Positions 22,170-31,731 of a DNA stretch of 64,000 bases are shown here, piece by piece. A program made the translations under genes and the position numbers. How positions within the stretch are numbered: position 1 is the stretch's first letter; each line of letters starts with the position of its first letter. The stretch comes from an uncultured archaeon (GTDB taxonomy: Archaea > Asgardarchaeota > Lokiarchaeia > Sigyniarchaeales > SOKP01): contig CAZALK010000001.1 of the NCBI GenBank assembly GCA_964486045.1, positions 1 to 64,000 on the forward strand. The letters run 5' to 3'. The notes below the pieces were generated by a model. That model searched no databases. It saw only the letters and a program-made list of their open reading frames with translations, and was not told the DNA's origin.

Positions 22170-22517
22170 TTAATATTCTTTATATTCGCCCTTATACCAA
22201 ATCCTCTGAGATTTCTTGAGATTATCGGGCATATCTTCATATGGTGATACAGATTCATCTAGCTTACACTCGATTCCATATCTTACATTAGTTTGTGGAT
22301 GAATATAACCCGTTTTTGATATCCCATTGGCTGCTCTAAGAGCAGTTCTCCTCGAAATCAAGGAGGCTCCTTTAATGTAGAAATATTTCCACATTTCATC
22401 TTCTTCAATCAATTCTAAGAAAATTCCCTCAAGCATATCAGATTCAGATTCTATCGGTCGAAACTGGCCACTATCGTCAACCCATTTTAACATAATTTTT
22501 TCTTGTTTATCAGTCAT
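22170..22517 (-). CDS. Hypothetical protein, possible single gelsolin-like domain
   Basis: 'IFLEL...WKYFYIKGASLISRRTALRAANGI' strand-strand-helix pattern recalls gelsolin-like domains. Confidence 0.4.
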   Translation of the reverse strand: MTDKQEKIMLKWVDDSGQFRPIESESDMLEGIFLELIEEDEMWKYFYIKGASLISRRTALRAANGISKTGYIHPQTNVRYGIECKLDESVSPYEDMPDNLKKSQRIWYKGEYKEY

Positions 22518-22861
22518 GATACCACCGAAAATTCAACTATTAATAGATAAGAAAATTAATTCAATTATCACGTTAATAATTTTAATGTTATTTGATCATA
22601 CTTATAATAATAATAGTATTTTAATCTTATTTTAAACATAAATTAAATCCCATATCGAATCTAATTTATATTTTGACACGAGGGAGTATGTCATGAGGAA
22701 ATTTGTTCTTCATATCTTGTTTAAATGATGTAATTTATTTAATCAGTTGAAAGAATTGTTATGAAAAATTTTATGGGCAATTAGAAGCATATTTTACAAA
22801 ATTGATAAAAGTTTTAATCTTTTTCATCATAAAAATTGTTAAATAAGAAGAAATATGAAAA

Positions 22862-24577
22862 ATGAAAATTATTGATAAACTAACCATCGCAGAGTACTTA
22901 GTTAAGCACATTCATAGTCTCACTTTAGAAGAGATTGGGAGTATTATCGAAATCCCTCCCCCAGATATAAATTTTTCGTATGCATTCCCGGTATATCGTT
23001 TAAGTAAGATTGAGAAGCAGAATCCAGAAGAGATAGCTAATGAACTAGCAAGTAGTTTGTTACCACCTGATTATATAGAAAAAATTGAAGCCATTGGGCC
23101 CTATTTGAATTTAAGACTTAAACCTTCGTTTGTTTTGAAAAATATTTTTGAGTTACAACAAGATTATGGAAGGATTTATGAAAGACTAAGAAAAAATGAA
23201 AAAAAATCATTAAGAATTGTAATAGAATATCCTGCACCCAATACTAACAAGCCACTTCATTTCGGACACGTACGTAATATGTTAATTGGCAGTTCTATCT
23301 CAAATCTACTAAGATATAAGGGTAATTTAGTATTCGAAGTAAATATGAACAATGATAGGGGAGTTCACATATGCCAATCGATGTTAGCTTATAAAAAATG
23401 GGGGAATAATCAAGAGCCAAATAAGAAATCGGACCATTTTGTCGGAGATTTTTATGTTAAATTTAACGAAATGGCAAAAAATAGCGATGAATTGAGGGAA
23501 GAAGTTCGCGATCAGCTAAAGTTATGGGAAGCAGGAGAACCTGAAACTAGAGAAATATGGGCCAAAATGAATAAATGGGCTTTGGATGGTTTTAAAGAAA
23601 CCTACAAAAAATTAGGAATCAGTTTTGATAAAGAATATTTTGAATCTGACTATTATAAGAAGGGTAGAGCAATAATACTGGAGAACTTTGAAAAAGGTAT
23701 TTTTAGCAAAACTGAAGATGGTGCAATTTTTGCTGACTTAAAAGAAGAATATGGAATCCCGGATAAGATTCTCTTGAGAAGAGATGGAACCTCAGTCTAT
23801 ATTACACAAGACATGTATCTGGCATCTCTTAAAAAACAAGATTTTGATTATGATATCTCAATTTATGTTGTCGGTAACCCTCAAATTCTCTATTTTAAGC
23901 AGTTGTTTACTGTTTTGGATATGATAGGGATTACCGAAAAAAAATATCACCTCTCATACGGGATGGTAAATCTTCCGGAGGGGAAAATGAAGAGTCGAGA
24001 AGGAATTACTGTTGAAGCCGATGATATAATTAGCGAAGTATTGGAGCTCGCTTATACTGAGGTAAATAAGAGGTATCCTGAGATTGATCAAGAAGAAAAA
24101 TTATATAGGGCGAATCTTATTGGGATTGGTGCTCTTAAATTTTTTATACTGAAATTCAATCATAAATCAGAATTTGTTTTTAATCCTAAACAAAGTATCT
24201 CGTTTGAGGGAGAAACTGGGCCTTATATCCAATACTGTTATGCCAGAATCGAATCGATAATTTCTAAATCAAGTGAAAATATAGATTTAGACGTCAAATG
24301 GGAGTTGTTAAATCATAAATCTGAGGAAAATCTAATTAAGCAATTGAATTACTTCCCTGAAATTATTGATCAAGCGGCACAGAAATATAACATTCATTTA
24401 ATCCCTCAGTATCTTTTGACATTATGTCAGATTTTTAATTCTTTTTATAGTGTATGCCCTGTTATTTCTAATAATAAAAAATTGGAAAAAGTAAGACTTT
24501 TATTGATAAAATGTGTGCAGATAAATATTAAAATTGGATTAAAAATCTTAGGAATTGATACTTTGGATAGAATGTGA
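22862..24577 (+). CDS. argS: Arginine--tRNA ligase
   Basis: PNTNKPLHFGH, KMKSREG, GPYIQYCYARI. Confidence 0.97.
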   Translation: MKIIDKLTIAEYLVKHIHSLTLEEIGSIIEIPPPDINFSYAFPVYRLSKIEKQNPEEIANELASSLLPPDYIEKIEAIGPYLNLRLKPSFVLKNIFELQQDYGRIYERLRKNEKKSLRIVIEYPAPNTNKPLHFGHVRNMLIGSSISNLLRYKGNLVFEVNMNNDRGVHICQSMLAYKKWGNNQEPNKKSDHFVGDFYVKFNEMAKNSDELREEVRDQLKLWEAGEPETREIWAKMNKWALDGFKETYKKLGISFDKEYFESDYYKKGRAIILENFEKGIFSKTEDGAIFADLKEEYGIPDKILLRRDGTSVYITQDMYLASLKKQDFDYDISIYVVGNPQILYFKQLFTVLDMIGITEKKYHLSYGMVNLPEGKMKSREGITVEADDIISEVLELAYTEVNKRYPEIDQEEKLYRANLIGIGALKFFILKFNHKSEFVFNPKQSISFEGETGPYIQYCYARIESIISKSSENIDLDVKWELLNHKSEENLIKQLNYFPEIIDQAAQKYNIHLIPQYLLTLCQIFNSFYSVCPVISNNKKLEKVRLLLIKCVQINIKIGLKILGIDTLDRM

Positions 24578-24587
24578 GACTTGCAAA

Positions 24588-25490
24588 ATGAGGTTTTTTA
24601 ATTTTAGAGAAGATGTAAGTGATGATATTCGCTTTGTAATTTATGGTATACCTTGGGATTACTTAACTTCTACAGATCGGGCAAATTCTTCAGTAGCTCC
24701 TGAGACTATTAGAAATATAACGGATGATATTGGATATACAACTGAATTGGGATTCCAAATTCCAAACTTTAAAGCTGCAGATGTAGGAGATGTTGAAATT
24801 GAAGTTACGAATACTGAACTAAATCTTCATAGTATAGACAATTTTCTTAAAGAGCTTTATAAACAAAATGATAATATTATCCCTGTTATGATTGGTGGGG
24901 ATCACTTTTGTACATTTCCTGTAATTAAAGCTGTTGGTGATCAAATGGAAAAAAAGGAAGAATTTGGTGTTTTAATTTTTGATGCGCATTTAGATTTTTA
25001 TCAGGAATGGGATAAAGGAGTTTATTCTCATGCAACTATTTCTCATAGGATTTATGACTTAGAATTTGTATGTAATAAAAATCTGTTAATAGTTGGACCT
25101 AGAGATATTGATATTGAAGAATTTAACTTAGCAAAGTCTGAAAAAATTAAGTATCTTAATGCTTATCACATAATTGATGGCCTAAATTATTATATAGATA
25201 ATATTAAAGAATTTTTTAACAAAGCAAAAGTCAAAAATTTATATGTTTCAATCGATATTGATGCTTTGGATCCTTCAATAGCTCCAGGTACAGGGTATGC
25301 GATGCCGGGTGGTTTTTCATATCGTGATATCTGGAAAATTCTTAAAGAAATAGCTTCATATTTTAATGTAGTTGGTTTTGATTTGGTTGAAGTTGCCCCT
25401 AATTTGGATTTACAAAATAAGATAACATCAATTTTAGCGGCTAAATTGATAACAGAATTTATGTACTTCATTAGAAGCAGAATATCATGA
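24588..25490 (+). CDS. speB: Agmatinase (ureohydrolase family)
   Basis: GGDH, DAHLD, SIDIDALDPSIAPGTG, DLVEVAP; ATG 24588 chosen as start. Confidence 0.88.
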   Translation: MRFFNFREDVSDDIRFVIYGIPWDYLTSTDRANSSVAPETIRNITDDIGYTTELGFQIPNFKAADVGDVEIEVTNTELNLHSIDNFLKELYKQNDNIIPVMIGGDHFCTFPVIKAVGDQMEKKEEFGVLIFDAHLDFYQEWDKGVYSHATISHRIYDLEFVCNKNLLIVGPRDIDIEEFNLAKSEKIKYLNAYHIIDGLNYYIDNIKEFFNKAKVKNLYVSIDIDALDPSIAPGTGYAMPGGFSYRDIWKILKEIASYFNVVGFDLVEVAPNLDLQNKITSILAAKLITEFMYFIRSRIS

Positions 25491-25497
25491 GGTTAAA

Positions 25498-26445
25498 ATG
25501 AAAAAAAAAAATTTTGAAGATATATTGAAAGAAGTAAATCAATTGAAAATTACGAATGAAACCGATATTATCGATCTTATTTATTCCTTAAAAAATTCCG
25601 GTTTTAACGCAAAACGTTTAGCGTTAGCCTGTGAAATTTATAATGATATGGTAAACGACAAGGATTGTGTTAAATTTTTTGGTTTAGCAGGAGCTCTTGT
25701 TCCAGCAGGCATGCAAAGAATTTTGCATGATTTCATAATGGAAGGATTTATTGACATTTTAGTAACTACTGGGGCAAATCTAACTCATGACTTAGCAGAA
25801 GCTCTAGGGTATCACCATTTACAAGGAGATCATATTAGTGCTAACGAATTTAATGATTCTGAATTGCATGAAGCGAAATTGAATCGTATTTATGATGTTA
25901 TTATGCCTAATAAAGTATATGAAGGAATTGAAGATTTCATTTCGATTTTAAATGTACCCGATTATGAGATGCCTGTAAGCTCATTTTTAAACTTCCTCGG
26001 TAAACAATTACCAAAAGATTCTCAATCCATTCTAAGAATTTGTGCAGAAAAAGAGATCCCAATTTTCTGCCCAGCTTTTACAGATTCAGGTTTAGCATTA
26101 CAGTTGGGATTTCACCATCAACAAATAAACTTGAATCATTTTAAAGATATGTTAAAAATGGTAGATTTAGCATGGGACGCAAAAAAGGCAGGTATCTGCA
26201 TTATTGGAGGTGGTGTACCTAAGAATTTTATTATGCAATCGTTACAATTTTGCCCAACATCTGCGACGTATGCGATTCAAATCACCATGGATCGACCAGA
26301 ACCAGGAGGATTAAGTGGGGCTACGTTGAGAGAAGCCATGTCTTGGGGGAAAATAGACGTAAAAGCTAAATATTCCACAGTTATTTCAGATGCAACAATC
26401 GCTTTACCATTATTATTTTGGTTTCTGAAAAAATCACAAAAATAG
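25498..26445 (+). CDS. dys: Deoxyhypusine synthase
   Basis: TTGANLTHD, GGGVPKN, GGLSGATLREAMSWGK (active-site Lys). Confidence 0.93.
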   Translation: MKKKNFEDILKEVNQLKITNETDIIDLIYSLKNSGFNAKRLALACEIYNDMVNDKDCVKFFGLAGALVPAGMQRILHDFIMEGFIDILVTTGANLTHDLAEALGYHHLQGDHISANEFNDSELHEAKLNRIYDVIMPNKVYEGIEDFISILNVPDYEMPVSSFLNFLGKQLPKDSQSILRICAEKEIPIFCPAFTDSGLALQLGFHHQQINLNHFKDMLKMVDLAWDAKKAGICIIGGGVPKNFIMQSLQFCPTSATYAIQITMDRPEPGGLSGATLREAMSWGKIDVKAKYSTVISDATIALPLLFWFLKKSQK

Positions 26446-26467
26446 ATTAACAGGTTTCTTCTAAAAA

Positions 26468-27007
26468 TTATTTGTTATTTTCCTTTTTCTTGTTTTCTTT
26501 TTCCTTTTTCTTTGTTTCTATTTTCTTTTTCTTCTTTTTTTCCTCTGTAAATATCCCTTTTAATTTTTGATCAATTGTTTGTGTATCGGTTCCGTAAATT
26601 TTATCCAGGATTTCTTTAAATCCCCTAAATTGAGAAACTTCAGATAAATTTTTTCCACTATTTAATCTTAAAAACTCATCGACCACTTCTTTTAATAGAG
26701 GTAAAATTACCTTTTTCATATATTTTTCCATCCTTTTCTCTTTATCTAAAATTACGTATGATAATAAAGTTTCAAGTTCTATACCGTCATCTGACATAAT
26801 TTCAGCATCAGTAAATGCTATAGTGAATTTTTTTCCTTCAAAATATTCAACAGAACCCGTAGTAAATGCGGTTTCTGCAAAACTTTTAATGGCAGTAAGG
26901 AGACCACTTCTCAAATCTGAGTCAATTTTCCCTTTCGTGCTTTTATGATAACTCCTCTTTACTAAATTGAAACCTCTAAAAATTAACCCGGCTTCTCGAA
27001 CGACCAT
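26468..27007 (-). CDS. Longin/roadblock-like protein with Lys-rich tail
   Basis: 'IDSDLRSGLLTAIKSFAETAF...VEYF'. Confidence 0.65.
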   Translation of the reverse strand: MVVREAGLIFRGFNLVKRSYHKSTKGKIDSDLRSGLLTAIKSFAETAFTTGSVEYFEGKKFTIAFTDAEIMSDDGIELETLLSYVILDKEKRMEKYMKKVILPLLKEVVDEFLRLNSGKNLSEVSQFRGFKEILDKIYGTDTQTIDQKLKGIFTEEKKKKKKIETKKKEKENKKKENNK

Positions 27008-27198
27008 TCTGAATTATATTTATTTTTGATTTTGTAAGGGCTAACAAGAATTTAATTCCCACTTTATTTTAAATAAAACCACTAATTTTAATAAACTCTT
27101 TGCCAACAAACTTAAGTTTTTGCTTATTGTTTCTGACTTTTGAATCAAAATATATTCAAATGAAAAGAGTTTTTATTATTGTTTTCTTGTTATAACTC

Positions 27199-28383
27199 AT
27201 GGTTGATAAGGAAAAGATCAAATTATGCGCTGAAAATATCGCTAATAGCATAAGCATGAAAAAAGAGGGGGAATTTATCCTTATAAAAGGAGGATTTTAT
27301 GCTCATCAATTATTAGAGGAAATAGGATTGAGTATTCTTAGAAAAGGAGGAATTCCACATATAACGTCAACAAGTGATTATTATGATAAAACGATTTTCC
27401 AGGATGAATTAATAAACCCGAAAATTATTGAAAAAACACCTATGCACTACTTAAAGCTAATAGAAAAAATAGATGCATATATTGTAATTGAACCACTTGA
27501 AGATCCTTCAATTCGCAATAATGCACCAAGAGAAAAATTGGATGCATATACTAAATCTGTTGCTCCATTTAGAGATGTTCTATATGGATTTAAAGAGGAA
27601 TATGCTCCAGGAAAGAAATGGTGTTATGCTGCTTGGCCTTCAAAAAAAGCTGCTGAATACTATAATATTGATTATGAACTCTTTGAAAAATTTATTGTGG
27701 AAGGAATGAGCATTCCCACGGAGAAAATCACTAATATCGTCAAAAATTTAGGAGAAGAGTTTAATAATGCTAAGAAAATTAGTGTAAGTGACAATAACGG
27801 TACAGATTTTTGGATATCAGTTGAAAATAGAGCAAGGATTCTTGATAATGGAGTTCTTTCAGATGAACAAATTGCTTTAGGTGATTTAGGTGGTAATTTG
27901 CCTTCGGGTGAGGTTTTCTTCCCGCCTATTGAAACCCAAGGAGAAGGGAAGATACTCGTTCCTTTAACTAAAGAACGAACCACCCAAAAAATTTTAAAAA
28001 ATGTGGAGATTTTTTTTAAGGATGGAAAATTAGAACTTGATAAAATTACTGCAGATTCAAACTTAGACTTTTTAATAAAAGCTTTCAAACAGAGTGAAAA
28101 ATTAGACAGAGCGAGCAATTTATCAGATCTTCGAACTTACAATGTAGGGGAACTTGGTATAGGGTGTAATCCTGTAATAACACAAGCAATCGGATACATT
28201 CTCACAGATGAAAAAATCAATGGGAGTGTCCACGTCGCCTTTGGATTCAATAAATCTTTCGGAGGAACCTCAACCTCACAAATGCATTGGGATTTTGTTA
28301 CAGCTCCAATAGCAAATATCAGTGTAGAATATATGGATAATTCCAGTAGGATTATAATGGAAAATGGAAAATTAGTAGAATGA
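27199..28383 (+). CDS. Aminopeptidase, M29 family
   Basis: GNLPSGEVF, GELGIG, DEKINGSVHVAFG, HWD. Confidence 0.9.
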   Translation: MVDKEKIKLCAENIANSISMKKEGEFILIKGGFYAHQLLEEIGLSILRKGGIPHITSTSDYYDKTIFQDELINPKIIEKTPMHYLKLIEKIDAYIVIEPLEDPSIRNNAPREKLDAYTKSVAPFRDVLYGFKEEYAPGKKWCYAAWPSKKAAEYYNIDYELFEKFIVEGMSIPTEKITNIVKNLGEEFNNAKKISVSDNNGTDFWISVENRARILDNGVLSDEQIALGDLGGNLPSGEVFFPPIETQGEGKILVPLTKERTTQKILKNVEIFFKDGKLELDKITADSNLDFLIKAFKQSEKLDRASNLSDLRTYNVGELGIGCNPVITQAIGYILTDEKINGSVHVAFGFNKSFGGTSTSQMHWDFVTAPIANISVEYMDNSSRIIMENGKLVE

Positions 28384-28420
28384 AATGGTAAATTAATCTT
28401 ATTTAGTGTTTTAATTTATA

Positions 28421-28894
28421 TTACTTAATCTGTTCCAGATAATCTATAATTTTCTCCAAAACCATTTTCTTAAAATCTATCCTGTTAGCGCTAAAAAGAA
28501 ATCTTTTAACTTCAGTTTCACTTTCTATTGAGAAACCAATAAAAACTGTTCCAACAGGTTTTTCTGGAGTGCCACCTGTTGGTCCGGCAATACCACTAAC
28601 ACCAATACCTATTTCAACATTGGAAAGCTTCTTTATATTTTTTGCAAGCTGTTTTACAACCTTTTCAGATACAGCTCCATGAATTTCTATGGATTTAGGT
28701 TTTACTTTCAACAAATCTATTTTTGCTTGATTACTATAGCATACTATTCCTCTTTCAAATACATTTGAAGCTCCAGAAATATTAGTTATCATATGTGAAA
28801 CATAGCCTCCTGTACAAGACTCTGCGATTGCAATCTTTAGATTTTTTATAGTGAAATTTTCAATAATTTTCTCTAATCTTTCTAGTTCATCCAT
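28421..28894 (-). CDS. pncC: CinA C-terminal domain / NMN deamidase
   Basis: AESCTGG, GAVS, SGIAGPTGG..KPVGTV. Confidence 0.9.
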   Translation of the reverse strand: MDELERLEKIIENFTIKNLKIAIAESCTGGYVSHMITNISGASNVFERGIVCYSNQAKIDLLKVKPKSIEIHGAVSEKVVKQLAKNIKKLSNVEIGIGVSGIAGPTGGTPEKPVGTVFIGFSIESETEVKRFLFSANRIDFKKMVLEKIIDYLEQIK

Positions 28895-28902
28895 ATTTTC
28901 AA

Positions 28903-29346
28903 TTACCTTTGAATTTCAAAATTTTTACCGCAAGAATTACAAAACATTGCTTGTTCATTGACATTGTTACCGCAATAAGGACAATGCCATTTATGAGACT
29001 TTTTTTGTAGATCTATAAGCTTATAAACTTCTGGTTCTTTTTCACCAAATGGTTTAAAATCCAAATTTTTCTCACTAACTATTTGATAACATCTAGGACA
29101 GTTTTGCTTCTGTTTAGCGATGTAAAATAGAAGATAAGGGTTAAGACACATAAAACCCCACATAAAAAAAATCAGTAAAAAAAGCTCAGTAAAAATTGAA
29201 AGAAATGTTATCGTTATAATAATTAATGTTGCTAGCAAACTAAATGCAAAAACGCCAAATATTTTATTATTGAATTCTGACCGAGTAGGAAACACATTCA
29301 TCAAACAATTCTTACAAAACTGCATATCATCTAAATTTTGAGGCAT
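28903..29346 (-). CDS. LITAF-like Zn-binding membrane-hairpin protein with a C-terminal zinc ribbon
   Basis: CKNC-hydrophobic hairpin-CPRC, then CPYCG...FCNSCG. Confidence 0.65.
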   Translation of the reverse strand: MPQNLDDMQFCKNCLMNVFPTRSEFNNKIFGVFAFSLLATLIIITITFLSIFTELFLLIFFMWGFMCLNPYLLFYIAKQKQNCPRCYQIVSEKNLDFKPFGEKEPEVYKLIDLQKKSHKWHCPYCGNNVNEQAMFCNSCGKNFEIQR

Positions 29347-29497
29347 TTATCCTAATCTAAATATTTAAAACGAGTTATAATTATTAATATAAATTAATAA
29401 CAAATAAAAACAAATAAAAAAATTATATCCTAAAGGGTTAGAATTTAATACACAAATAACCTAATTATTCTTAATAAAGTACAATAAAGTGAAATAT

Positions 29498-30064
29498 ATG
29501 GGAAAAGATAATGTTTCTAAAGGATTTGTCTTTAAGATCACTGTCCTCGATAATTAATCGATAACGATCATAGTCATCGGTGATGGAGCCGTTGGGAAGA
29601 CAAGTCTAATTAAAAAATATACCAAAGGAAGTTTTGAAAAAGATTATATTAAAACAATTGGGGCGCAGTTTAGCAAGTACGATGAGGATATTGAAGGAGA
29701 TAATTGTAAGTTGTTTTTTTGGGATATAGCAGGTCAACGCGAATTTGATTTCATGCGACCTACGTTTTATAAAGGTTCTAAAGCTGCAATTATTGTTTTC
29801 AGTCATACCGATGAAGAAAGCTTTAATCAAATCCCTGAATGGCATGAAGATATTAAAAAACATGTAGGAGATCTTCCGATTGTTCTGTTTGGTAATAAAA
29901 TAGACTTAGTAGATGAGAATTCCAAGAAGGAAAAAATTCAAGAGATTATGAAGGAAAAGGGATTTCTGGGGTATTTTAAAACTTCAGCAAAAACAGGATC
30001 AGGGGTATATGAAGCATTTCAAGCAATAATAAAGAATTTATATAACAAATACAAAGAAGCTTAA
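29498..30064 (+). CDS. Rab-like small GTPase interrupted by a 30-nt insert carrying an in-frame TAA (candidate intron; otherwise pseudogene or assembly artefact)
   Basis: ATG 29498 MGKDNVSKGFVFKITV-[LDN*SITIIV]-IGDGAVGKT...TIG...WDIAGQ...GNKID...TSAK; removing 30 nt gives an intact 178-aa GTPase. Confidence 0.85.
29542..29571 (+). other. Candidate archaeal BHB/BHL-type mRNA intron
   Basis: GATC/GATC 4-bp helix, 3-nt bulge ACT, in-register intron hairpin; excision restores K-I-T-V-I-G-D. Confidence 0.55.
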
Positions 30065-30066
30065 AA

Positions 30067-30366
30067 ATGTATGATGCTGTTGACCAGAGCTATCCGAAAA
30101 TCTTGTTTTTCTCATCTACTCACTGTGCACCATGTGCCCCTGTAGCAGAAATGCTAAAAAGAATAAACATCTCTATGTTTGGTAAAAAATTGCGAATAGA
30201 AAAAATATCAATCGATCTTGAAGAAAATCACCACTATACTCAAGAATATCGGATCACTTCAGTTCCAACATTGATAATAGCAGATAAAAGGATATCAGTA
30301 AACATCGCAGAAGAAGAAATTATTGATGCGATCTTATACGCATTTATTACATCAGTAAAAGTATGA
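30067..30366 (+). CDS. Thioredoxin-fold protein
   Basis: CAPC motif and cis-Pro motif SVPTL. Confidence 0.85.
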   Translation: MYDAVDQSYPKILFFSSTHCAPCAPVAEMLKRINISMFGKKLRIEKISIDLEENHHYTQEYRITSVPTLIIADKRISVNIAEEEIIDAILYAFITSVKV

Positions 30367-30455
30367 AAAATAAAGGATGAATAATAAATTTAAAATAAAA
30401 TAAGGATAATAATTACGAAGTAAAGTTTAACAAGAAAGAGGGAAGGTGATAAATT

Positions 30456-30938
30456 ATAGACAGACAATTACTTTCTAAAATTTTAGCTCAAATGAGAAAA
30501 AATTTAAAAGATGGTAAATCTATTGGAGATATGAAGGTTGGAGCTTTACTGGCCTTAGGTCATCAACTTGAAGCCATTTTTTACTACTTGGGGCACGAAC
30601 TTGGAAGTACTTTAAAAATAAAGCAAGTTAAGGATATATTGCTAATTCCTGGTGAGTTAAAAGAAATAATTTCTCAGTTCAACCTTGGTGAAGTTGAAAT
30701 TACGGAAGCAACCACAGAGGTCATTCAACTTAAAATGAAGGGCCATTCATCCATTAAAGATTTAATTAAAAAAGGAATTAAAGCAACAGGAAGTTTTTGT
30801 TCATTTGAGGCAGGTTTACTGGCAGGAATCGTGGAGAAATTAAGTGATCAGCATTGTTTTGCTCAAGAGGTTGGGTGTAGTCTACAAACAGGAAAAGATC
30901 ATTGTGAACTTATGGTGGTATTAACGCAGAAGGATTGA
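30456..30938 (+). CDS. V4R-domain (Bet3/TRAPP-related fold) protein
   Basis: FYYLGHELG, FCSFEAGLLAG, EVGC....CE; probable ATA start at 30456 behind SD GGTGA (first ATG is 30492). Confidence 0.85.
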   Translation: MDRQLLSKILAQMRKNLKDGKSIGDMKVGALLALGHQLEAIFYYLGHELGSTLKIKQVKDILLIPGELKEIISQFNLGEVEITEATTEVIQLKMKGHSSIKDLIKKGIKATGSFCSFEAGLLAGIVEKLSDQHCFAQEVGCSLQTGKDHCELMVVLTQKD

Positions 30939-31066
30939 TTTTACCGAAATTTACTTTTTTCTAATGAGAATAAACTCATAGAATTGAATTGGAAAATTAT
31001 TAATAAGTGTACACTATATTTTGAATATAAAATAAAATATTAAGTTTCTATACTACGTGATGGATT

Positions 31067-31597
31067 ATGTCCGAAGAACCTAAGTTTATTATAAAAATAA
31101 CGCTTTTAGGTGATAAAAACGTTGGAAAAACATCTCTGGTATATAGGTATATTGAGAACAAATTCAGAACAAGTTACAAAGCAACTTTAGGCGTCAATCT
31201 TTTAAAGAAGGATATGGAAGTCGATGGTAATGGTGTATCTGCTCAAATTTGGGATTTGGGAGGCCAAGACTCATTTAAGTCTCTTAGAAAACTGTACTTA
31301 GAAGGATCGAATGGAGCATTGGTAATGTTTGATTTGACCAACAGAGAATCATTTGAAAGACTAAATGAGTGGATTGAGAGTTTCAGAGAATCTAGAGGAG
31401 ACCAACCAATTATACTAATAGGAAACAAATCTGACCTAGAAAACCAGAGAAAATTGACTGACGCCGAGGCAAGAGATTACGCTAAAGATAATAAAATGGA
31501 ATTAGTGTTAACTTCTGCTAAAACTGGTCAAAATGTTGAAGAAGCATTCATTAAACTAACAAAACGAATTTTGGATAATATATCAAATCTTTCTTAA
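31067..31597 (+). CDS. Rab-like small GTPase
   Basis: GDKNVGKT, WDLGGQ, GNKSD, TSAK. Confidence 0.95.
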   Translation: MSEEPKFIIKITLLGDKNVGKTSLVYRYIENKFRTSYKATLGVNLLKKDMEVDGNGVSAQIWDLGGQDSFKSLRKLYLEGSNGALVMFDLTNRESFERLNEWIESFRESRGDQPIILIGNKSDLENQRKLTDAEARDYAKDNKMELVLTSAKTGQNVEEAFIKLTKRILDNISNLS

Positions 31598-31731
31598 AGT
31601 CTTAATAATAAAATAACTATATTCTTAAGCTATATTAGAGTTTATCAAATTATATCTAAAATTGTATTTAATTTATATACAATTGACATAATAGTTAATT
31701 TTTGGTACAATGATTTGAAAAGACATTAGAT

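Noticed and set aside
22688-22728. Leader peptide upstream of argS (MRKFVLHILFK*)
   Set aside because: Only one Arg codon and no associated RNA structure seen.
29555-29557. Selenocysteine or pyrrolysine readthrough in the GTPase
   Set aside because: The stop is TAA, not TGA/TAG, and readthrough would leave 10 extra residues in the strand before the P-loop.
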